Positions 42,089 to 54,000 of a DNA stretch of 64,000 bases are shown in pieces; positions within the stretch are counted from its first letter, which is position 1, and every line of letters starts with the position of its first letter. A program made the position numbers and the translations under genes. The stretch is from Lingula anatina. Taxonomy: Eukaryota; Animalia; Brachiopoda. The stretch is taken from positions 868,001-932,000 of the forward strand of contig JBPQGU010000016.1 of the NCBI GenBank assembly GCA_051362555.1. Direction: 5' to 3'. The notes below the pieces were generated by a model. It saw only the letters and a program-made list of their open reading frames with translations. It was not told the DNA's origin and ran no database searches.

Positions 42089-45000
42089 AGACGCAGATGA
42101 TGGCTATATGTACAGACACATCTGTGTCTGTACATAAAAAGTAAAACTGCCCTCCACTTATCGTGTTTACAAGGAAAGTGCACGGCGCCGGCATCGGCAT
42201 CGGCATCGGCATCGGCATCGCCATCCCCATCCCCATCGGCGACGACAGACGCAGGTGATGGCAATATGTACAGACACATCTGTGTCTGTACATAAAAATT
42301 GGTCTCTTTGTTTTCTAGATTTACTACATTTAGCTCAGTTAAATAAAGAATTGATCTAAAACATAAACCCCTTCTTTGTTGTCTTTGTTACAAACCTGTG
42401 TATGTGCCTGGATTACTTATGGGAGAGTAATTATCAGTTTAACATTCTCAAATCCTTACCATCTCAGGCTTGCTAAGGTCTATGTTGATCAACTTGTACT
42501 TGGGAGCATTGAGGTTTGTTTTAAAGGTGAACACTGTGCCTTCATTTGTGATGTACTGAAATAAAAAACAGTATTGTTGCTATTAATCAGAATATTGATG
42601 CCATCCGGAAGTGCCTGTATATCCACAGAGTACAGCTGTATGTTACATAAAAGCCATAGAATGTATGTTAAATCTTTTTATTATAATAGCAACAGAAACA
42701 TTTTTTGAAAATTTCAACATTTTTTTCAATGTTTTCCAATTTATCAACTTCTTTAAGAGTTCTAAATTTCGAAATCCACCAGTCTCCACCACCAAAATCA
42801 GAGTTACTCAATAATATAAAACTCAGATCTAGAAGTCTCTGCCTAATGTACATGCCACTTGCCACCAAAAGCATGTCTCTGGGGACAATATTGTATTTTA
42901 GGTGTCAGACTAGTTGAGAACTAAGAATCGTTAACAAACTAATGGAAATGTACTGGTTGTTTTCAATCATTTATCCACTGTCTTTATATTTCATACTTAT
43001 TCAGTTTAATTCAGTATAACTTGGAATAGTACTTTCCAGAGGTCTGTTAGTCCCCAGGTGGCCAGTGGACTGATAAGTATGTCAATTACTAGTAACTGTC
43101 TGAAAGAGGTATAAAATTTTACCAAATACATTTTATTATACAACTCTTAAACTAACCTCGTATTCAGCATCAAAGTTATCCACCAATTTTATGTAAGGAA
43201 GCACACCTGGAATTGAAAATATCTCATTTCAATTTACGTAAAATGCTTTCAACAAAAGATTAATGTGCAGTCCATGCCAAAATGTTTCACTTCATAGCTC
43301 CTTTGTAAGCACCATGAAACCACCATCATCTGGAAATGCCTGTAGATCCACATACTACAGCTGTATATTATTTGTGCTATCTGGAAGTGGCTGTAGACCT
43401 ACATAGTACAGCCATATACTCACCATTAATGCCACCTGGAAATGCCTGTAGATCTACATAGTACAGCCATATAATAACCATTAATACCACCTGGAAGTGA
43501 CTGTAGATCTACATAGTACTGCCATATACTCACCATTAATGCCCCATGGAAATGCCTGTAGATCTACACAGTACAGTCAGCCATATACTCACCACTAATG
43601 CCACCTGGAAGTGCCTGTAGATCTACATAGTACAGCTATATACTCACCATTAAACCCATCTGGAAGGGCCTGTAGATCTACATAGTACAGCTATATACTC
43701 ACCATTAAACCCATCTGGAAGGGCCTGTAGATCTACATAGTACAGCTATATACTCACCATTAATACCATCTGGAAGTGCCTGTAGATCTACATAGTACAG
43801 CCTGTTGACTGGGTGGCAGCCTTCACTGATCATCATCACCAAATAACGCCCACAGTCCGTTACCTCAGCTCCTCTGTAAACAATGTATGTCAATACTTTT
43901 TACATCAACAGATGTTACATAAATTCAAAACATTTATGTCCTATATCAAGGTACAAAAAGCAAATTATATTTAGCTCGATAAATAGCTTTTCTTGAATTT
44001 CAGATAATATATGGACGTTCCAATCCTGAATGCACGACTGAATCAAGAACAACTCGTCATCATCTTATCTAATTTTGTCAGAAATATGTGAACAATTGCC
44101 ATAATTGCACCATTTTGAGGATACTAAACAATATTAACTTTCTTTTTTCATTTTACCTAATCTTCTTATATCTCTGTTAATGCATTCAAAGGGCTGCACA
44201 AAAGCTGCGAAAGGCCTGCAAATCGGCAGATTACAATTCTCAAACTTTGAATTCAAAAGTTTGAATTCTTTTCTTTATTATTATTATTTTGAGTAATACT
44301 GATATTTACATCATCCATTTTGGGTGATCTGGAAACTCGGCACAGAGCACATCCTCCTCCTGTGATGTCCCCAGCCGGTGGTAGTATAACTTCTGGTTGA
44401 CATTACTGGTTGTCTCAGTACCATCAGACTTGCCTTCCTGCTCCTTGTACCTCTGAATAAAAAAAAACATGGAATTTTTTTCAGTGATCTTCCTATAGCA
44501 AAAATTACTAGTAATTTTAATTTCCTAATGGAAATTTGAGTACTTTGTATTTAATCACCTAGATATACAAAGCAACAAATCCAAAATCTTATATATATAT
44601 AATTCTTTGTATCAGACTTGCCTTCCTGTTCCTTGTATCTCTGAATATAAACATTGTATTTTTTTTTCAGTGATCTTCCTGTAGCAAAAATTAATTTTAA
44701 TGGAAATGTACTTTGTATCTAATCACCTAGCTATACTAAGCTAATATCCAAAATCTTATATAGAGAATTATGATCCATAAACCTTTTTGAGTTTTTAAAG
44801 TTTAAATTGAACCACTCTTGTAATGACACAGAACCTTGTAATTTCATTTGAAACAGTGAACTCAAAAAATTCAAGACTCAAAAAAGGGTTTATAGATTGC
44901 AAATTCTTTAACACAATTAAATAGGGTAAACCTTGAAATCAACTGGAAAACTGAGGAAATTTCTAATGTTATTTTTATTCTTTCTTTTTTTTCCTATATA

Positions 45001-48000
45001 CAGTATGTAAATCCAACAAACACTGTATATCTTTACAATGAATACCACTCTCAGTTCACCTTAGTTACAACCTTAGTTGGTTACTGCCCAAGTTTTGTTT
45101 TTACCAACAATTTTTAATTCAATTTTTCAGTTTCAAATCCAATTTTCACCTAAACTGACATCCTTAACTACTGTAACAATAATAACAAAACTGTTTAATT
45201 ATTAACAGTTCCACTTTTTCATTAGCTTTTAAAGTAAAATACCTTAATACCACTAATGAGATGAATGTCTTAGCCTACCAATTTTGAAAATTCATCAAAT
45301 CTGACTGAATGTTAGTATCAGCTTAATAACTTCTTTGTAATTGCGATCATTTGCATGCATAACAAGGCACCATAATATCCTTTGAGTGACATGGCTACCA
45401 AGAAGCTGCCCAACCCATGAGTATAGATTAATAGCATTAACTGAAATTTTCCCTTTGTCATGAAATACTTTTGAGAATTATATCTTTTTGTTATGGCCTG
45501 TGTTAATAAAAGGAACTCTTAATTATTATAGTAAGTTCAGGAGTTTAAAACGGGGATTTTCAAAGTAAAGTATCCAAGAAAAAGGAAACCACTGTACAGG
45601 GTCTCAACATGGGGTAGGCAACATCCCTAAATATAATTTAATCTGACCATATGCAATTATATCCCCAAATGTTCCTCTTTTTAAAAAGATTTATTGCAAA
45701 ATTTTAAAAACTTCACGTATGTATACTATACTGGGGTAGCGCTAGCAATTTTTTCCGCTTAGCCAAACCACCACTTTTTTATCAACTTGTTATCCAAATG
45801 TTAACTAAAATTAGTCAAATCAAGCCTTTTTCTTTAGCCAATTCGCCTTATTCATATAGACCATAATCCTTTGCGCGCAACAGGAGTTCCGGTATTTTTT
45901 TCCCATAGCAATTCTATAGACGCGTGAATTAAATGCCGCACAGGTAAGTGAAAAATGATTATTTAATTTCAAATAAAATAGATATGAATAAAACTAATAT
46001 TTCTCCTCATGATTATCACATTTTGCCATGAAATTAGTCGTTTTTTAATAATTTTTTTTTATTTAGACGATAGGCTGACTTGGAGCGCATTTGCGCACCG
46101 CAGTGTGTTAGATGTGTTGAGAGGAGATTGCGTTCGTGCTTGTCTTGTTTGACCCATTTTTAAAGTCACGTTGGTTTGTTTTGATTTTCTGCGAGTCCGA
46201 TATGAGTCGGATGTCCATTTTGTAAACCATAGCCAGGCCAAATTTACCCAACTTCCAGCAAGAGAGCCGTGAGTGAGACACTGAGAGGAATTGTGATATG
46301 TCAGGAAAGTCGTATACCCATTTATCTTTATGTTACCATATGTCAGTTGTTCCGTTATTTTTAGACCAAAATATTTACATTTGTTTGAAAGTATATTAGA
46401 TATAGTAAGAGTGTCCCATTTTTAAAATAAGAAGAAAAGGGTAATTCTGGTCAGAACAATATGTCTGATAAAGGCAAATAAATTCAGCGCTTCCACTATC
46501 ATGCTTGTGGGCTGATTTGATAGTTGTCGGCGCCACTAGCTTGATTTTAGTGGTACATTGTTTTGAGGTAGTGGACATTAGTCAGGACAGGTGGCAGTGA
46601 AATATCACAGGAGAGCAAGCTCAGTGGTAGAGCGTTCACCTTGTGTGGAAGGTCTTGGGTTCGATTCCCAAGCTCTCCCTTTTCCAAAGTTACCAGCTAC
46701 TTAAATAACTACCTTCTTGTCCTACATTTGCCCTCAAACAGTATCAAATTTTAAAATATATTTGTATCATATAGAGTATTGTTTTTCATTTATACTTGTA
46801 TATTAGTACAGAAAACATTTTGTCCATTTTATGATCATTTCCTCTCAAGGTGCCCATGGTGTACAGGATCTGTAAGTATGTTGTACTTTGAACATGTATT
46901 GCATGCATGGAGGTTTCCACTCTGAAAAGCATCATTATTTATTTGAAAGTGGTTAGGATATGCTAACTTAGTCTACTAGGTAAAGGACAATTGATAGTTG
47001 AACCTTTCTTGATATGTTTACTTGAGTATAGCAGATTATATTTTCCCTGTGTGATTTTTCCCTGTCTGATTTTATGAAATTATTCTAGTACTAGTAGTTA
47101 TCCGGTATTGAATATAAGGCAGAATAAATGCAAAGAAGAAAATCATAAGGAAAGCAAGTTCATTGTTGTCATTTACCCATTATGAAAGGTCTAGGGTGAG
47201 GGTCTAGTTTTTTATCCCTAATTGTACACATGTACAAACATTGATCTCTTGTTGTTACTGTCTAAACCTCTTCCCCTGCCCTAATTAATGCTTCCTGTTA
47301 CAAATAAATTGCTTTAATGTCTGTCACAACTAGTATAGAAATCTCATGTTTTTATTTTAGTTGGTTGGGGAGATGAAAACTAAAAGCAAGACCGAAGAAG
47401 ATACTGTGACATTACAACCAAGATCATGCACAGAAGTATTTGCACTGAAAGCAGAGACCTTAAAAAAATTATGTTTGAAGCACCAAATTGCAGTGCACTA
47501 CCCAAAAAAGGCAAGGTGCATTTTTTTGTGTGACATATTGGGACTGTCAACTACAGGGTTCAAAACAAAGGACTCATTACTTCACCCAGGAGTAAAATTA
47601 TCTGACGAACAATTCCAAGAATTTCATCAAAATGTCAGTCCCCAAAAGCTCTGTACACGAAATGACTTTTCAACGAATTTATTAAACATCCCAGATATAG
47701 ATGTGTCAGACATAAAAAGATATCTTTTAAATACAGAAGTCATCACAGCAGATTGTGCAAGAACCTACAAACTCTCTCGCCCGTATCAGTTAAAAGATTC
47801 TGTGCATTCTGTTCGTTATAGCCAATGTTCAGATTTGAAATTTTTTAGTATAATAAGGGCCTATTGCAATGCCTCTCAATCAACAAATTCTGAGGATGTA
47901 AAGGTGGTTTTTGTTGTTATAAACAAAATCAATGCCATTCCATGTGGTGGGTTTTGTACCTGTTCTGTAGGCTATTCCTTGACATGTGGCCATATAGGGG

Positions 48001-51000
48001 CAACACTATTTAGGGTTGCAGACCTAGTTGCAAGTGGAGTCAAGGAGGACATAACAGCTAGCACCTCCTTGCTGTGCGAGTGGCTGGAGCCTAAAGGGTC
48101 CTCTGCAAGTCCATCACTGCTGTCTCATCTTCCTATAAAAAAGAATGTGAGCAGCATGCAGAGGACCCCTGACGACTATGGACAGGTCATACGACAGCAA
48201 AAACCACCTTCAAAAGATGACATTTTAAAGTTGAGGGCGAGCCTTTTTAATGCCACACATCACATAGGACAATATTGTCCTGCAGTACATCTTTTGGGAG
48301 CAAATCTCCATAATGCAAATAAAATTCCAGATTCTATTCTCTTTGATACACACCTAGAAAATGACAATTCAATTTTATTTGACAATGAAGTTACTGTCAC
48401 TGCATTACCATTACCAATTTTTGACCATCCTCATAATTGTGATTATGATGCAGATGCATGCATTAACGATCAAGTTGAAAATTTTGTAAAATCAATAAAA
48501 TTTAGTGAAAATGAAATTCATCAGATTGAGGAATCCACAAGAGGCCAGAGAGAGAACCCTGAGTGGCACCAGCAAAGAAGGGGTGCAGTTACAGCCTCAA
48601 GGATGGGGTCCATTCTTCGCACATTTGAAAAGCAGAAACCCCCATGCAAATCGGTCATTACTGCCATCATGGGGAGAGAATGCTCTGAAGACAATATCCC
48701 TTATACTACAGTACCATCACTTAAGTGGGGGATTAGTAATGAAAAGAAGGCAAGAGATCAGTACCTTAGACAACAGAAGAAGCAACACACAAACTTGTCA
48801 ATTAATGAGAAAGGCCTAGTTGTTGCTGAAGACTATCCATATATAAGAGGCAGTCCAGATGGAATAATAACATGTAGCTGCCATTCTGAGAGAGTGTTAG
48901 AAATTAAGTGTCCATATTCATGCAGGAATATGATGGTGAAAGATGCCATAAAATGTGGTAAGATAAGGTATCTGGATGGCAATTTTATGCTAAAACCATT
49001 CTCAACAGAGGGCTATTATGAACAAGTTCAGGCATTGATGTATATTCTAAAATTGAATAAATGTGAATTTGTAATTTGGACAAATGTTGACATGATGGTG
49101 ATTGAGGTTGGGTATAATGCTGAATTTTGCCAAAAAAAATTATTACCTGGTTGTGTAAGCTTTTTTAAGCAATATATAGTGCCGAATATTTTAAGCTGGA
49201 ACAATAAGAACAAAATGCCCAAGATGTGTTAGGGAATGAAAATGATTACTGAATTGGTCAAAACCAATATTGGGAAATGATTCCCAGTGTAATTATGTGA
49301 TGTATATAGAACATTACAAAATATGTGCACATATTGGTGTAGCACTTTCATATTGAGAATGGTTGTTTATATAATTATATTAAATCATTATACCCAACCT
49401 CAATCACCATCATGTCAACATATACATAAATGCCTAAACTTGTTCATAATGTATTTACAAAAAGTTTGGTAACATGCATTTATATGAAGATTTGAGGAGT
49501 AATTGCAATTTCCTCCTTAATGAGTTTATTTAAGGACTTGAACAGTTCATGATAAAATACAGTGTTTTACAAAGTCAATTACAATAACAGTTTAAATGAT
49601 GTAAAAATACAAATGTTGAGTACACAAACATGAAAATTTTATTCTATTCCAATACTATATGTATGTACTCAAATGACTAATTGGGATGTACAATAAATTA
49701 CTGGCTGAAAATGGCATTTCTTATCAATGTAGTAACATACCAATCCCATACCTTTATTATACAATCTTATAATATGTTCATATTTCAAAAATATTAAAAT
49801 TACTTGTTGAGATGTAAGTCTGCATTACATCTCTGACAGGAAATGATATTACAGTAGTCTGCAGAATTCTCCTTTGATGAATATATCACGGGACACTTTG
49901 GTCTGATTTACTTCTCCAACAGGTAACACAACAGCAGTAATATGTTTTCCAGAGAACAACTACAAATGACTGATCTTTACGTTTATTTCTCTGGTTGAGA
50001 GATCTGGAGTCTCCTAAGACAGCAGGGACAATCCAGCTATCGGTTTGACTGACCAAACTCACTCCGAGCTCTGATCCCCAATCTCTCTCTGTCTCTAATA
50101 CAAAGTTCTTCTCCTTATATACTGATACACACAAAATACATTACAGTGATTCCTAAAACAAGTCAGAGATATTGAAGCCAATTAACAGAATAAAGACATA
50201 TTACTAGAGACCTTCAACATAATTTAAGTCAGACTGCTTTAAACTCCAACTTGGGGTTGAAGCCATAAATAAAGTTATTCAATCCTTTTTAAACTGAAAA
50301 TACCCTTTTAAACTTGGTTAGTTTTTTTCAATGAATAACATACATTAACAGATTCATATAATGTCATTATAAAAGAGGCATCTGAATGATCTTTACCAAA
50401 TGTTGATTTAATTTGATTTAAATGTGGAAGTTCCTAAAATGAAGTTTGGCCGTGAAATCACCACTATGACAAATATAAATACAGTTTCAACCTGACCACA
50501 TACATATTTGAATAAAACTGACTGTAATCAAACTTGCCTTGCCTGGATTATTCTGCATTTTAAGCTGAAAGTGGGTTTTCTTGGAGATTTACAAATACAA
50601 AATTTTACTGAACTTTGGTGTGCTCTTAGTCTGGACTGTAATGCTGAATAACTGGACTTGATTTCCCATGCAAGAATTCATTATTGAAAAAGACAATTAA
50701 TCACAAAAAATGCTAACTAAAAATAAATAAACTAAATAAGAATGGAATTATTTATTTCTTTATAACTGGTAACTGAAAGTTTGTCAGGTAAGCACAAACA
50801 ACAAAAATTTGCTCAAATAGGTCAAACATATTTAACTTAACAATTTGTTCTAATAAGTGAAATGTCTTAATTCTTTGTATGATCCTTTCTACGTGAATTC
50901 TTGCATGGGAAATTTTGTTTGATCTATTTGATTCGGCATTTGTGAATTGCACTCTTTCTCTTCCCTTAAAATCAGGCATTACGATCTTTACACCTTGAAA

Positions 51001-54000
51001 TTCCAATTCATCAGATACAGTGAAACCTCTGTCAGACATCACCAAATCCCCCCTCTTGAGTCCATGCAGGAGTGGCTCAGAGTTCAGGGTAATATGCTTG
51101 TCTGAAGCTCTGCCACCCCATGCACTGGACACAAAGTTCACGGCAAGATTTGGTGATATGCCAACAAGAAATTTCACTGTATCGTGATGTTTATAATTTG
51201 AAAATGTGCTCTTTCTTGAATCAAGTGATGATGATTTTTGTAATAAAAGTTCTGTGCAGTCTAAAATAATTTTTAAATTGTCAAATGATTGAAAGCAATT
51301 AGGTTGTTCTTCTGTTGAATATTTCATTTCAAATAAGGTTTTAAGTTCATTGCTCAGAAAATTAATCCATGTTGTAAAGATTTTCGAAAAATGACCTGTG
51401 CTTATATCAAAAGTTTGAGCAATGTCTTCATTAAATTTTCCTGTCTTTAATTTAACTAAAACCATAAAAAATTCTTCTTCAAATGTAAATTTTCTAGTTG
51501 GCCCTTTTTTAGACGTCATCCCTGTTGTGTTTGTGGCCTCTCCATTCCAGTAACATAAATTATTTGAATCTGTTCTTGTTTTTAAGTAATCGCATAATGA
51601 AGAAAAAACTAAAAAATTTGGCAAATTAGTCCAAAACTGAAATTTTCTGTCATCATCTTTTATATTTTCCAAACGAAGAAATTTTCCTTTTAAATCAGAA
51701 ATTTGCTCTTTCAATTCAGTTACCTCTTTTTCCAATTGTTGAATTTTTGTTAAATTTTGTTGTTTATTTGTTGTATAATAATCATGATCTCCTGCTTCAT
51801 TCAGACAATCTAAAAGTCTGGCAACTTTTGGCCTGCCAGCAGCTTGCCTGCCAGTTGATGATCTTTTCCTGAAAATATGTTTTGGCTTTTGGTTGTAGCT
51901 CCTATTTGCAGATAAAGAGTTATTTGTTGTGCGGGGCTTTGAGGAACTATTGGGAAAAATAGTTGGTGAGTAGCTTGGATGAGTCGGGTCATCATTTTTT
52001 CTACCTGTAAATGAGTAAATATAATTATATATATCAACCAAAGTAACTGAGCGTATACTGCAATTGCAAAATCTGATTGCAGTTATTGTATAAACAATAT
52101 TGTAATTTACTAGTTATTTTAGTTATATGATTATATAATATATACTGTTAGGTCATAGTCATTTTAAAAAATGTACTTGAACCGCAATAAATAATAATAA
52201 TAATAATAAAATTAATTAATTGATCATCTTCCCTATCTCATGCCTAGATTGATCCATAAAAAAATTAATTAATTGATCATCTTCCCTATCTCATGCCTAG
52301 ATTGATCCATCTGGATCAGTATAACTCCCTGGGGAATCTCATTAAATTGCTTTCAAATAAATTGCTTTAATGTCTGTCACACCTAGTATAGCTGATAGAG
52401 GATAATTTTCTTTACCCCCTAGTTGATTTGGTATATTGTGTGACAGACATTTAAGCTGATTATATATACCTCCTGCAAAATGCACAGAACATATCCTTGT
52501 GGATGTAGTAGGTGTAAAATCCTTCTCAACAGGTATGTGGCACAGCCAGTTGTGTTTGCGGCTCACATCTTTGGGGAATTGGTAAAAGCTAATTGCTTGC
52601 CCCTCCCGATTACATTTTCCACGGGAGTTTGTGCATCCAGGCACGCAGCAGTAGTCGCCCACATATGCCTTTTTCATTATTCTGAATGACTTTATTCCCT
52701 GTAGAAAATTATGGCAAAATGATGGTACAAAATAAAGTAGACTTTAGGGCAAGATGAGCACATTTAGTATTATAAATATATTAAGAATTAAAGATATTAA
52801 ACCAAGATATGCTAATATATAATGGATAAATTTTTTGCCATTTGCTTTGTAGCTCAGCAATGTATGCTATTTGAAAGAAGATACAATTAAATATTGTACG
52901 CAATTTAAAATAACTGTTTGAGAGCATGAATATGCAGTATTGGACAGGAATGCATGCAGTTACTGGTAGGCTATTGGTAACTTTGGAAAAGGGAGAGCTT
53001 GGGAATCGAACCCAAGACCTTCCACACAAGGTGAACGCTCTACCACTGAGCTTGCTCTCCTGTGATATTTCACTGCCACCTGTCCTGACTAATGTCCACT
53101 GCCTCAAAACAATGTACCACTAAAATCAAGCTAGTGGCGCCGACAACTATCAAATCAGCCCACAAGCATGATAGTGGAAGCGCTGAATTTATTTGCCTTT
53201 ATCAGACATATTGTTCTGACCAGAATTACCCTTTTCTTCTTATTTTAAAAATGGGACACTCTTACTATATCTAATATACTTTCAAACAAATGTAAATATT
53301 TTGGTCTAAAAATAACGGAACAACTGACATATGGTAACATAAAGATAAATGGGTATACGACTTTCCTGACATATCACAATTCCTCTCAGTGTCTCACTCA
53401 CGGCTCTCTTGCTGGAAGTTGGGTAAATTTGGCCTGGCTATGGTTTACAAAATGGACATCCGACTCATATCGGACTCGCAGAAAATCAAAACAAACCAAC
53501 GTGACTTTAAAAATGGGTCAAACAAGACAAGCACGAACGCAATCTCCTCTCAACACATCTAACACACTGCGGTGCGCAAATGCGCTCCAAGTCAGCCTAT
53601 CGTCTAAATAAAAAAAAATTATTAAAAAACGACTAATTTCATGGCAAAATGTGATAATCATGAGGAGAAATATTAGTTTTATTCATATCTATTTTATTTG
53701 AAATTAAATAATCATTTTTCACTTACCTGTGCGGCATTTAATTCACGCGTCTATAGAATTGCTATGGGAAAAAAATACCGGAACTCCTGTTGCGCGCAAA
53801 GGATTATGGTCTATATGAATAAGGCGAATTTAAGTCAGTTTTAGCATTTGGCTAAACTGGCGAGTGTTAGCGCTACCCCAGCTATAGCTTAGTAATTGTC
53901 ACACACACACAGACACACACATTTTTAATGTTAAGCCACAGCAAATATAAGACCAATAGAACAACTGGAAACTAATTGTCTCATTTTCCTACTGCTTTCC

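Larger units (their letters stand above)
45843..53827. mobile_element. Autonomous-looking ISL2EU-type (PIF/Harbinger-related) DNA transposon, ~7985 bp
   Basis: 853-bp TIRs (45843-46695 and 52975-53827) with one mismatch noticed. Flanked by AT (alternatively AATT) duplication. Encodes THAP + DDE transposase and YqaJ exonuclease, the two-gene content characteristic of ISL2EU. Confidence 0.88.
45731..53881. mobile_element. ~160-bp MITE split by the 8-kb transposon (arms 45731-45840 and 53830-53881)
   Basis: 14-bp TIRs CTGGGGTAGCGCTA / TAGCGCTACCCCAG with a CTATA direct repeat on both flanks. Confidence 0.75.

Noticed and set aside
45549-45597. ~48-bp copy of the intron sequence before PREP exon 5 (54703-54751) as a duplicated exon or large TSD
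   Set aside because: The copy lacks the acceptor AG and exon sequence and does not abut the transposon ends; probably a short dispersed duplication.
46059-46578. Two 60-aa ORFs mirrored at 53092-53611
   Set aside because: Their duplication simply reflects the TIRs; no recognizable domains, and they point outward.
46610-46679. Functional decoding tRNA-Thr(UGU)
   Set aside because: The anticodon loop is 5 nt instead of 7 and U8 is missing; reported as tRNA-like only.
47373-49232. Prophage or bacterial contamination (YqaJ viral recombinase family)
   Set aside because: It lies within TIRs beside an intron-containing THAP transposase in a host intron, matching eukaryotic ISL2EU organisation.
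49886-50134. 82-aa ORF between the transposon genes as a third cargo gene
   Set aside because: No ATG start or recognizable motif; it may be UTR sequence and cannot be supported without transcripts.
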